From: Antedon mediterranea
Taxonomy: Eukaryota > Animalia > Echinodermata
Length of the DNA: 64,000 nt
Direction of reading: 5' to 3'
NCBI RefSeq assembly: GCF_964355755.1
Contig: NC_092672.1
Location: 36,648,437 to 36,712,436 of the forward strand
This document shows, piece by piece, positions 26,034 to 38,100 of the stretch (the stretch's first letter is position 1; each line of letters opens with the position of its first letter). The notes beneath the pieces are model-generated. The model did no database searches. It worked only from the letters and a program-made list of their open reading frames with translations, and had not been told where the DNA came from. The translations under genes were made by a program, and so were the position numbers.

Positions 26034-26627
26034 TTTAGTGAGATCTGCTGCGACGCGCCACACGCACCTGTCAAGTCAGAAAGTCATTTTGTGCACGGTC
26101 AGAAACATGAGCATGCGCAGAATGATGCAATATCTGCGTAATCAGGTGGCGCAGATGGCATGATAAAGGGCCTGAATATATTAACTCCGCGTACATCCGT
26201 GCTTCAAGGAACTCCAATTTATCTACGTTGATATCAAGATTGATATTTTTAGATTATGGTCATAATATGTATGATCGTCTTCGCTTAGAGCTACGCCAAT
26301 GTTAATACTGTATTGTATGCTTCATTCATTAAAATGTGTATTAATATAGTTTTCTCCTAATTCTAACGTCGATAGAGAGCAATGTACTGTGCACGGATAA
26401 GTGGCTTTACGAGAACGGACATTAGAAAGCAAATAAAGTGAAATCCTTTGGGCGCGAAGACTTATTATGACATTCTGTGAGATGGATGCCAAACATACAA
26501 ATTATCGTATGAAAATTAAATTCAAATATCACTACGTTACAGGTGCAGTCAATTTACGGAATCAAAATATACTGAAATGTATGTATAAGCTCTGTCTACA
26601 TCTAAATATATTGTGATATATTCACTA

Positions 26628-27650
26628 CTAGCAATTATACCCGCCCCAGGGCGGGTTTCAAAATTAGTTTAAAGCCTTCTCAGTACATAACACCCGACGC
26701 CAGTATCTCCGTATACGCACCAACCTCCATCCCTTAATAACACCCCACACTCTTTCCAGTGAAGGACAAATTCAATAAAACTTTAGCTTCAAATTGAGAG
26801 GGCATACATAGCTACGATAGGCCTATGGCTTAAATACGTTGTAAACTGTGTAAATGAGTAGGCTGATAATTAAAATATATAATGTTGATATTGCGGTCCC
26901 CCGACCTTCATTCTCCTCTCACCATCGCAGCCGCAACAAACCTTACCTCCTCCCCTGGACAGTTCAAATGTAGGCCTAGTAAGTTTTCGTAGTAGGTCTA
27001 CAATTCAATCATATAGGCATAGGCTACTTCATTACGCCAGTATTTTCGCTCCTCCTCCCAACACACCCCAGAAACCGGGTGATGTTTTTAAGACGGTTCC
27101 AGTACAAATTATGTTAGCCATCACTCCCAACCCATAATCCCTCAGTGGCAGTTTTCAAATGTAGTTTTCAAATGTAGTTTATAACATTCCCAGTTTTGGT
27201 CATGGCCTAGGCCTACATCCCCACCCCAAAATCCCAGCCGTTTCCCAAGAATAATTAAATACTGTAACATTTTCCATCCACAATTCTGGTCAATTTGATA
27301 GCCTACTATTCCTATACTAAGCAAAATCCCCACAATTATTATTAGAGAATAAGAGTTATTTTTCTTATAAATCCAAGCAGGGTTGAAACACCTCATACGT
27401 TTATTCATAAATTTTGCTATTTTTTATATTTCATATTTCTCGGTAAAATCGTAGAAAAGCACATTAAAAACTAGATACGCGTGTGAACAGCCTTTATCTT
27501 TCTAGGCGAATGTTTTACGAGACGTGTTCCTAATCCTCGTGTAAAAGTAATTTTGAAAGAAGCAGTAACAAGTGAACAATAAAAGCTAAGAGTATTACAG
27601 TATTTTCATTTATTTAATAGAATTCACGAGTTCTATTATCTTATAGTAAT
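26628..27650 (-). mobile_element. Non-autonomous Helitron-like element (3' end clear, 5' end approximate)
   Basis: GC hairpin ACCCGCCC-CA-GGGCGGGT (26639-26656) lies 7 nt from CTAG|T on the minus strand, the canonical Helitron 3' terminus. AT-rich TCTATTAAATAAATG near 27620 is a candidate 5' region. Confidence 0.55.
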
Positions 27651-27939
27651 AAAACCTTGTAAGATTTAGCGTTTGAATTTAAGGTGTTATGCCTCGCGAG
27701 ATAGCGAGATTTAGGATAGGATTGAAAAGGTCTTATTGTAAGAATGCCAACTAAATTATAAATAACTTACTAAATTACGTACTAAGTTCTTTAAATTAGG
27801 TTTTAGTCAACTGTTAAGCATTACAGATCAATAACAAAGACATACAGTATGAAATATGTTACAATTATATCGATTTAATTTGGGATATTTGTAGTTTAAT
27901 TTGGTTGGGTCTTTACCCGATATGACAATTCTGGTCTAA

Positions 27940-28259
27940 AGCTCTGTCTACACTATCAAACTTTATGTGACAAAAAATGTGATGTGCCCATATATAGACA
28001 TGATGATGTCATATCACTAACATATTTGGGTATATCACTACCATATTTCAGTACATCACAGTTTTTTTGTCAAACTTGTTTGATAGGGTAGACAGTGCTG
28101 TATTAAAGCTTGGATCCAACTTGGACGCAACACAATGACGTATGCGAAACGCAAGTAATGTAGCCAATCACAAGCGATGGATTACTCAACTGTCGCCTGT
28201 ATCATTGGTCAACTCGTTGCGCTTACGTCCTTGCGTTGCGTCCTATTGGGAATCAAGCT
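27940..28259. mobile_element. MITE A (27940-28099) next to MITE B (28107-28259)
   Basis: Both have TIR pairs; B is flanked by TAA/TAA. Confidence 0.85.
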
Positions 28260-28851
28260 TAAATTCAGAAACTGTGTCCGTAAATATTGAAAACGACGGC
28301 ATATAATGTCACTGTTTTGCCATCGAGCATATGGAGAATGTTTTCACTTCGGGCTATAAAAAGCCAGATCCTGTCAAAAGTTTTCTAATAGAAATGTTAA
28401 AATGACGGCTGCCATGTTTCCAATACACGCTTGGTATATAAATTCACTTTCGTTAATCACAACTCAATGTTAGATATCACCACACACAGCTATCCGTGTT
28501 GGAACGTTATATATCATAGCATTTTCTCATGACGTCTCTCGTTCTGTAATATTATCAAGTACATTCTATTAAGAGAAGCAATTATTCAATAAAACTGGCA
28601 TTAAACGATGGGTTTGAATTTCGAGCATTTAAAAATTACCGCCAACGCAACGCCGCGTAATGTTTTATATAGACCTTTGCGAATAATGACTTAACGAGGG
28701 AATTCAGGGAATTGATTATATAAGTACGATAATATGTACACCAATGTCTGTCATAATCTTAATGGTGCTAGTAGATGCTAATACATGTTATTAAAATGTT
28801 ATTATTAATAGTTAAAATAGAAAAAAAGTGAAATAAAACACAATGATATTA

Positions 28852-29006
28852 AGCTCTGTCTACATTATGATCATGATCATACTTGTGCATATGTGGCAAA
28901 AAAGTTTGATGTGCCCAAATATGGTAGTGATATGACATCATCGTTTCCATATAACGGGCACATCACATTTATTTGTCACATAAAGTTTGATAGTGTAGAC
29001 AGATCT
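28852..29006. mobile_element. MITE family A
   Basis: TIRs with TTA/TTA flanks. Confidence 0.85.
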
Positions 29007-29146
29007 TTATGATATAAGTAACGTACAAGATGTTGGCGCTTAAAACCAATATCAGACAACAACTGAGAACAACTTCTCGTGGTGGAGTTGTTTTTCCAAT
29101 GTTTTTTTACATGCGCTAAATCCAACTGCAAAGACCAACCTATCTT

Positions 29147-29289
29147 CAGTGGCGTAACGTAGAAACCCGAGGCCTCCGGGTTATGGGAACCCTCAGTGGC
29201 CCTTCAGCTTTTTTCGACATATTTTAATGCCTGTTAAGTTCTGGGGCCCTGGGTTTAGCCAGTGAGCGCTCATAGCCGTTACGCCACTG
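29147..29289. mobile_element. hAT-like MITE, 143 bp
   Basis: TIR CAGTGGCGTAACG / CGTTACGCCACTG; 8-bp TSD CCTATCTT / CCTATATT (1 mismatch). Confidence 0.85.
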
Positions 29290-29659
29290 CCTATATTAGA
29301 CAGTTAGAACAATCGTATACCGTGCATGCACAATACTAGAAATGGTTATTGTACGCACCCGTGACTAAATAAGTATAAATGATCACAAAGGATTGCTGTT
29401 TTTCTTAGTAATTCATCCGATGGTATCTATACACGTACTCATTCAAAAATAGCCATCATACCTACAGTACACACTACACTCTGAAACAGCTGCTGTTAAT
29501 AAATATCTATTTTGATTAAGGCATTTTATATCGATAATAACTCAATATATCAAATTATGTAGAAAACTTTCATTTTACGTACGCATTTTGGTGCACTCGC
29601 ATCGTCCTAAATTATGTTTTTTCCAACATAGTTCAATCCTTCCTAATGTATCTCCCCAC

Positions 29660-30003
29660 CCAACAACAACAACAACAATAAGAACACTAACACCAACAAC
29701 AACAAATCCAACAACAACTTCAACCACACTAACAACAACAACAACACCAACAACATCAACAACAACAACAACAACACTAACAACAACAACAACAACAAAA
29801 ACACCAACAACATCAACAACAACAACAACAACACTAACAACAACAACAAAAACACCAACAACATCAACAACAACAACAACACTAACAACAACAACACCAA
29901 CAAAATCAACAACAACAACACTAACAACAACAACAACACCAACAACATCAACAACACTAACAACAACAACAACACCAACAACATAAACAACAACAACAAC
30001 ACT

Positions 30004-30037
<34 letters not shown>

Positions 30038-30534
30038 CCAACAACACGTACAAACCCATCAACATCAACACCACCAACAACACTATCAACAACATCACCA
30101 TTAACAACAACAACACAACCAACAACAAAACCATCAACAACATCACCATTAACATCAACAACACCACCAACACCATCAACAACATCACCATCAACAACAT
30201 CACCATCAACAACATCACCATTAACAACATCACCATCAACAACATCGCCCTCAACAACATCAGCATTAACATCAACAACACCACCAACAACAACAACAAC
30301 TACACCAACAACACTACCACCACCATCAACAACAACACCAACAACAACAACAACACCGACAACACCAACAACAACAACAACAACACCAACAACATCAACA
30401 ACAACAACAACACTAACAACAACAACACCAACAAAATCAACAACAACAACACTAACAACAACAACAACACCAACAACATCAACAACACTAACAACAACAA
30501 CAACACCAACAACATAAACAACAACAACAACACT

Positions 30535-30565
<31 letters not shown>

Positions 30566-30975
30566 CCAACAACACGTACAAACCCATCAACATCAACACC
30601 ACCAACAACACTATCAACAACATCACCATTAACAACAACAACACAACCAACAACAAAACCATCAACAACATCACCATTAACATCAACAACACCACCAACA
30701 CCATCAACAACATCACCATCAACAACATCACCATCAACAACATCACCATTAACAACATCACCATCAACAACATCACCCTCAACAACATCACCATTAACAT
30801 CAACAACACCACCAACAACAACAACAACTACACCAACAACACTACCACCACCATCAACAACAACACCAACAACAACAACAACACCGACAACAACAACAAC
30901 AACAACAACAACACCAACACCACCAGCAATGATAACACAAACAACAACTCCACCAACAACATCAACAACATCACA
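29660..30975. repeat. Compound (ACA/CCA/TCA/CTA)n trinucleotide array with an internal ~528-531-bp tandem duplication
   Basis: Landmarks ACATAAAC at 29981 and 30512, and CGTACAAACCC at 30047 and 30575. Explains the poly-Thr, poly-Val and poly-Leu ORFs. Confidence 0.95.
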
Positions 30976-31857
30976 AAAACACGTTGGTGCATAACTTATA
31001 TTCAAAGTAGGAGTAGAAATGTGTAATGCCTTTCTCATGCTTCTATCAAAGCAACGTATTTAATACTGATCCATATTCCAAATATGAATTATGATTGCAA
31101 TAACGGATGATACTCAGAATCGATGATTATAATAATATGATTATATTAATAATTGTTTTCTACAATATTATGATAACAATAATTTTAATGAAGATGGTTA
31201 GGTTATTATGTTTGTACGTCTACATTTTTACTGCAAACGCGATAAGAGCAACTCCTTGTTCCTTCATTAAGAGGATATTAAATTACACCGCTATGAATAG
31301 GTGTCAAGTTGTTAAATGGATTATTAACATATTGAATGTTGTAAAATTTAATAATTGACTACATAATGTATGTTTTCGTTATTGATGCAAAAATCTAATA
31401 TTTATAAATCGAATTTGGAAATATCTTGGTGAAACGGTTCGATTTGTTTTCTGGTTAGCCTTTGTGAAATCAGTTGGACCATGGAGGTATAAACCTCCAT
31501 GGCTGGATTTTGTAGATTCTGTATATTCTATCGGTAATTATAAGGTATTAGAACACCGATCTTGTGTCATGGTTAAGCCAATGGGTAATACGTGTCGTCT
31601 ATTAAAATGGACATAATTAAGATAAGTTTGTGCTATTAAAAATGAACTGGTCTTGTCGTCAGCATGATGGATCACGTCTGAATCTGACAGTTTTACGATT
31701 TAATAATTATTGTCATTGTTGCTAATTTGCACTGTTTGACGTGAAAACGAGTTTATGAACGGCGACATCTGTCATTTTCATCACTTTACCTCAATCGTCA
31801 TCGTTATATTGTTACAATATTATAGTAATAATTACGATTCATTAATTCAACTACCAT

Positions 31858-31998
31858 CATGATTATAATAATCTTCTTCATAATCATGCTTATCATAATC
31901 ATCATTCATAATCATGCTTATCATAATCATCATTTTAATCATGATTATCATAATCATCATTTTAATCATGATTATCATAATCATCATTCATAATCATT
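31858..31998. repeat. 30-bp tandem repeat built from ATC/ATA triplets
   Basis: TAATCATG(C/A)TTATCATAATCATCATT(CA/TT) about 4 times. Confidence 0.9.
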
Positions 31999-32147
31999 GT
32001 TTATTGAAATAAATGAAAGAATCATGCTTGTATTACACGTGACTACCAGCTAACATGTAGGCCTATGTGATAAAGATTTATGTGATAATTTTAAGAAAAA
32101 TATCGCAATATGTAAATTGAATCATTTCCTGTAGTCCTACTCATACA

Positions 32148-32482
32148 TCAGATACAGTATCCAGTACAGTACGGTACAGTATTGTAGCGACTACGATAAA
32201 TCATTTACAGTATATCAAATACAATATAATACAGTACAGTACGGTATTACAGCGACCAAGATTATAAAATAATTTACAGTATCAGACAGTATTGTACAGT
32301 TTAGTATGGTATTACAGCGACTATGATGATAAAATCATTTACAGTATCAGACAGTATTATACAGTTTAGTATATTACAGCAACCAGGATTATAAAATCAT
32401 TTACAGTATATCAGATACAGTACAGTACCATACCATACAGTACGGTATATTACAGCGACTACGATTATATAAAATCAGATAC
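32148..32482. repeat. Diverged ~60-65-bp tandem repeat, about 5 copies
   Basis: Recurring ATTTACAGTAT..CAGTA..ATTACAGCGAC..GATTATAAAATC. Confidence 0.85.
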
Positions 32483-32780
32483 TGTGTGTAGTCTTCGACA
32501 CAAACGGTATTTAGTCGGATGCTTAAGATAACACAATTCAACTTAACCACTACTCAAATCAATTAAATCGTGTTTGTTTAAAGAATGCGTTCACACGAGA
32601 TGAAATCGGTCATCCGAGTTATTATAAGGTATCTCCGATAAAACATCTTATCTTATGAAATAAGCATGGACTTAAATATGCACTTTGGATTCAATGTATA
32701 CACATTAATGCAAATAAAAGCTAATGTCTTTTAATGATATACTATTAAATATTATTTTTTTCCATTATAAACAATAATTT

Positions 32781-33110
32781 ATAACAATAAATGTGAAATA
32801 GTATTTAAAATAAGGAACAGAAATCTTCGAAATGTAAGTGAAAAAGGAATCTCCAAATGATGAGACTCAAACTAATTCATTTAACGTATAAGCTTATACA
32901 AAGCTTATACAAAGCTTATACAAAGCTTATACAAATTGGAATCAAGGGGAAAGAGAGGAACAATGTAAAGATCTGTCATCACTATCAAACATTATGTGAC
33001 CAAAACATACGATGTGCCCATATATGGACATGATGATGCCATATCACTACCATATTTAAACATATCACTACCATATTTGGGCACATAACACTGTTTTTGT
33101 CAAACAGAGC
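32781..33110. repeat. Inverted paralogue of 728-1035 (MITE A plus the same flank), with an (AAGCTTATACA)x4 expansion at ~32890-32935
   Basis: 32790-32895 is the reverse complement of ~925-1030, and a MITE A copy sits on the corresponding side in both. Confidence 0.9.
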
Positions 33111-33806
33111 TTTAATGACAATATGCATTTCTTTTATTTCGTTCATTCACACATCCATATCCATAAAAAATAATACAAACAAAAGATCTCTAATTATAAA
33201 AACAAAGCTGTATATTTCTACATCAATAAACATAACATATTATGCAGCTCTTATGCATGTATTTTCAAATAGCTATTAATTTAAATGTTGCCCTAATGGA
33301 AGACTACGATCATAAAGTTAGTGGGTGAGAGGTATATCATACTTTAAATAAGATTTTGACCATTGGTGTATAAAAGTTAAACTTTATCTATAAAAATACT
33401 TCTTTTAACAAGTTATTTTGGAAAAAATAACATTACTAGCAGGTGCTTCGTTACCATTTTAAAGATTAAAATCCTAAAACAAGTATAATGATACTTGAAA
33501 TGATGTATTACTATGATACATCATTGTTTAACTATAGACAACCTTGGTGTAAATACCATTTGACAGCCTCCCCTCCCTGTTATACACGCTCTTCATCGTG
33601 TAATTACACATCAAGTGTTATTAATGGACAGTGAAATTAAAAAGGACAATTTCTATATAATTATGATGAGAAGTCTGTCGCCTGGATTTTAATTTTAGAT
33701 AGAAGACTTTTTTTCCACACGAAAATAATAATATAGCGTGTGCTGTTATGACATTACGCATCCATAAGTACCGTACGAATGTACTTGTATCCGTGTACAT
33801 TTGTAC

Positions 33807-34262
33807 GCGCAATACGTGTATCTAGTACGCTACCTATCGAGCTAACCGTGTATCCAGTGCGCTAACCCTAACCCGTACGGTACGTCGCTAAACGTGTACC
33901 CAGTACGGCACGCTATCTGTGTATCCAGTACGGTACGCTAACCGTGTACCTCGTACGCAATACGTGTATCTAGTACGCTACCTATCGAGCTAACCGTGTA
34001 TCCAGTGCGCTAACCCTAACCCGTACGGTACGTCGCTAAACGTGTACCCAGTACGGCACGCTATCTGTGTATCCAGTACGGTACGCTAACCGTGTACCTC
34101 GTACGCAATACGTGTATCTAGTACGCTACCTATCGAGCTAACCGTGTATCCAGTGCGCTAACCCTAACCCGTACGGTACGTCGCTAAACGTGTACCCAGT
34201 ACGGCACGCTATCTGTGCATCCAGTACGGTACGCTAACCGTGTACCTCGTACGCAATACGTA
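33807..34262. repeat. 148-bp higher-order tandem repeat, 3 near-identical copies
   Basis: AATACG at 33811, 33959, 34107 and 34255; each unit is built of ~20-25-bp GTACGCTAACCGTGTA.C-like subunits; CpG-rich. Confidence 0.95.
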
Positions 34263-34664
34263 TATCAAGTACGCGCTATCTACCCAACTATCCGTATACC
34301 CAGACACAATACGTATACAAATCATTGAAATGATGCATTACAACTAACATAAATATAAAAAATGTATGGTATAAAATATGTAATGCTAATTATGGCCATG
34401 TAGCAATAACTAAAACGAATTGACAACAAAAATGAGATATGAAGATAATTATTTGTAATGAAGATGAGAATATTAGTGATGATGTTTGTCAATTCATGGT
34501 AAAGAAAGAGTACTAATTTAAAGAAGGAATGTAATTGATAATATAAGGAATGATAATAATAATGATAATAATAATACCACAGATAATCACAATCCAAATT
34601 AATTGGGAGTAGTACGAGTTTAACAACTGTAAAATAAATAGATTATTACAAAATGTCGACTTAC

Positions 34665-34767
34665 CAATATATATGTTAGTTGGCATCTCGGTGTTTGATG
34701 TTCCACTTATTCCACCGACGATGTGATGTAGGGACAGGAGCAATAGACAAATAATAAACACGTTCAT
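34665..34767 (-). CDS. First coding exon (signal peptide) of a putative ionotropic glutamate receptor-like / ANF-receptor-domain gene
   Basis: ATG at 34767 with A at -3; encodes MNVFIICLLLLSLHHIVGGISGTSNTEMPTNIYI(G), a hydrophobic signal-peptide-like start. Ends at a consensus donor G|gtaagt (phase 1), which matches the phase-1 acceptor at 5904. Confidence 0.75.
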
Positions 34768-35030
34768 TTTATATAGAAACTTTGCGATTTCCAAAAAGGA
34801 ACCGTTTTATAAATAACGTTCAGATATAGTCAGCCAACACCAATTATTGTTGTTAGCTGCAATAAAATAAGTTATATATGTTTAGTCTTAGTGGATTGCA
34901 TCGCAATTTCTGGTTACGACAACATCCAAGTTTAAACAGATCCAAAACGGTGTATCAAAAAAATACTGCTGCACCAACGGAGATACATTCATACATACGC
35001 GTGTAGCAAACCGCATGGGAGATGTCATTT

Positions 35031-35192
35031 AACTGAGCACAGAAACTAAAATAAACCCAACAAATATTTCCTAAACCGTACCAGTCGATTTGGTCACGTG
35101 TCGTTTTTAATAACGCATGCATGAATGTTAATGGGAAATTGTGTAGCGCCTCCTAACGAACTCTGTAATTAAAACTTTATATGACGTCATAT
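35031..35192 (-). promoter_or_regulatory. Candidate core promoter of the receptor gene (Inr-like TCAGTT, full CRE)
   Basis: TCAGTT on the minus strand at 35031-35036; palindromic ATATGACGTCATAT (TGACGTCA at 35182-35189) about 150 bp upstream; CpG-containing neighbourhood. Motif match only. Confidence 0.3.
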
Positions 35193-38100
35193 TACACCGC
35201 GCGCGATTAGAAAATGTATAGTAATTTGTTGAAACGTTTAAAGATTGGATACAATGGTCTGTTGTATTATTTTATTTTGTTTGTAGGTAAATAAAGTTAT
35301 TTAACATAGTTGTGCAATTTAGATTATTTATTTTAGATTATAAAATAACGCCTTTTTTAGTAGGCCTATAATGTGTATATGTGTATGCCTTTCTATGTGT
35401 TTTACGTATTGATGTCTTGTAACTAGTTACTGCAGTAAAGATTTGAGAAACCTCAGCTTATAAACAATTCTGAGACTCGACTCGGGCGTTGGGGGGGGGG
35501 GGATGGGGCGGATTGTGTTGGAGGGGAGAGGGATTGCGTATAGTTTGTATAATGTGATGGCGACGTTGCTGTTTAATAATATTTAATATTTTTGTTTAGC
35601 CTAAGCATAAACAAATTAACATTTCCAGGAGGTTAGGCCTACGCCATTGAATACAGTAATTAGTATATTAATAAATCTTTGAACATTGTAATGATTAAAC
35701 CCAACACCTAGAAAACCAATTTTGTAATAACATAAACCCTATAAACCTGAAAATCCAATTTTGTAATAAAGTTCACCTACCTATATGATGCGCGATTAAT
35801 CAGAATAATAATTACGTATATATATCCAGGGCTTAAAAATCTATTTAAAAAAAACTAATAAGTATACAAAATAACTAATTAAAATTCCACATTCACAATT
35901 TAGAACGTTGATGATGATAATAACATATGGAAATTTAAGTCAATGTGAACGTTTTCGTTAATATATTTTGAATGTTTTAGACACTGTAAAATTGGTAGGT
36001 TTAAAAAAATATAGTTTAAGGTTTTTTTCTATGTTTTCTTGGGTTTTTTTTATCCGTTTCAAGTAGAATGTAAATGTTCGTGTTGATGACGTCAGCATGT
36101 GTAGGCATATTACTCATTTCAAATCCATGTCATTTTTCATTTCTTTACAGAAATTAGATGTTCAGCATTGTCTACACTATCAAACTTTATGTGTGCCTAA
36201 ATAAAATGGACATGATGATGTCATATTACTGTCATTTTTGGGTATATCACTACCATATTTGGGCACATCACGCTTTGTTTGTTAAACTAGTTTGATAGTG
36301 TGGACAGAGCTTTCGGAATGTTCCATGACAGCACAAATTGTTCCATGATACAGAACAACATTTTGATCACATATCCCTGTAACATGTATCATATATTTTG
36401 TAATTTTTGTGTAAAAACAATTTATTTAGAAATTTTCGTACCGATTCAAAATCTCATGACATTTGCCTATGCAAACCGTCTAACTGTCTTTAATATAAAA
36501 TGTAATGAACCGGTGCGGTTTTTACTATGCAAATGACATTCAGTGCGTAGGCCTATAGTGTTATTCGAATGATGTACTTTATTTGCATAATAGTCTGCTG
36601 ACGTTTCACAACTTCCACTATTCATGTTGGCGGCCCACACTCGGAACAATAAATTCGTCAACAACTCACACCATATGTTGTAGATTAATTTGTTTAAATT
36701 AAATTGATTATTATCATTTGAGAAAAGAGAAATAAACCTTTTGATTTGAATTGACTTTTAAAAAAATCACTCGAGCTTACTCGCAACTTACCGTAAATGA
36801 TCTCAGGCTGTTGTTGTCAGTAGAATTAGGCCTACACGCTCTTTAGAATTGATGTAAAGCAAGGTTTCTTCGGTCAAACCATGGTTAACATTGATGTCTT
36901 TTTATCGCAGTCTAGGCCTACAAATGAAATAAAAAAACAATGTGAACATGAGAAGGGCACAGGTCGAACGATTTCTATGTTTGTATTAAACACTACAACG
37001 CGAAAAACAAATTATGGGAACATTCATAAAGGTCAAAGGTCAATGTCCTAACAGATTCATCACAAATATAAAATCGTTCAGATACAAAATCGAGAATACA
37101 TTTCATAATTTGTAAAACTACTTTCATTTTAAATGTATAATTATTTGAAATGGGATTCAAACCCCCATTTAGTAATCCCTCATAAAAGATGAAGATTTTC
37201 AAAGGCTTAACCCTTAAAAGCCGGCTCTGTGACCGCTAATGACATTGGTCTTATAACACACATCAAAGTGGTGAATTTCTCTGTAAGATGAACATTTATC
37301 TAAAGCTCTCTGTGCTAAACCCCGTAAAGTTACACACTTTCAACGTCGACACTAAGAACGTATACAACTGACGTGTGATATTTCATTATAACAATAAAAT
37401 ATAACCTTCCTAATATAATCTTTTGTACATTATGCTTATCATATCGTTATGTTGAAATATATTAATATTTTTCACAATGTATTATTATATTATAAACTTC
37501 GATTATACGATGGAACACTTTAAAGATATATTGTCCTCATTTTTTTACAATTTTTTGTTGGATATGCAATTTTAATGTCACGTAATAGCTATATACTTTG
37601 ACCAAACAATGGATCGAAAAAAAAAAAAAAAAAAAGATTTACCTGAAAAAAGGTAATTTAAAGCCAAAAAATACTTAAATTGTCTGTCAGACAATAGTTT
37701 TTGGTTAAAATTAACCGTTTCGTTTGTCTTTTTATAAGAAAATAATAATTTTTTTTTTTTAGAGAAGTGAATAACTTTAATAAAACTGCAAAATGGCCAA
37801 TTGAAAGTCTGATTTTATTAATCTTTATTTTTCATATTTTTGAGGGACAATACATCTTTAATCATTACACTTACAATGGTTTAAATTTTGCGTGCAACCA
37901 TAGGAAGATGGTTCTACAAATGGCTTATATAGAGGTGCATCATTTAGTGGAGAGCTTTCGTGTTCAACAACAATTGTCCGTAGGCTACACAGATGTGGGC
38001 AAGGTATTAACCACACCTCCATTTATTTCTTAGTAAAGTTGTACTCTTAAACTTTGCTAACCGATTTATTAAATCTATTAATTTACTATAATAGTCTTTC

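Noticed and set aside
29575-31038. 487-aa poly-Val ORF and the poly-Leu ORFs
   Set aside because: Antisense readings of a trinucleotide array; stop codons are absent for compositional reasons.
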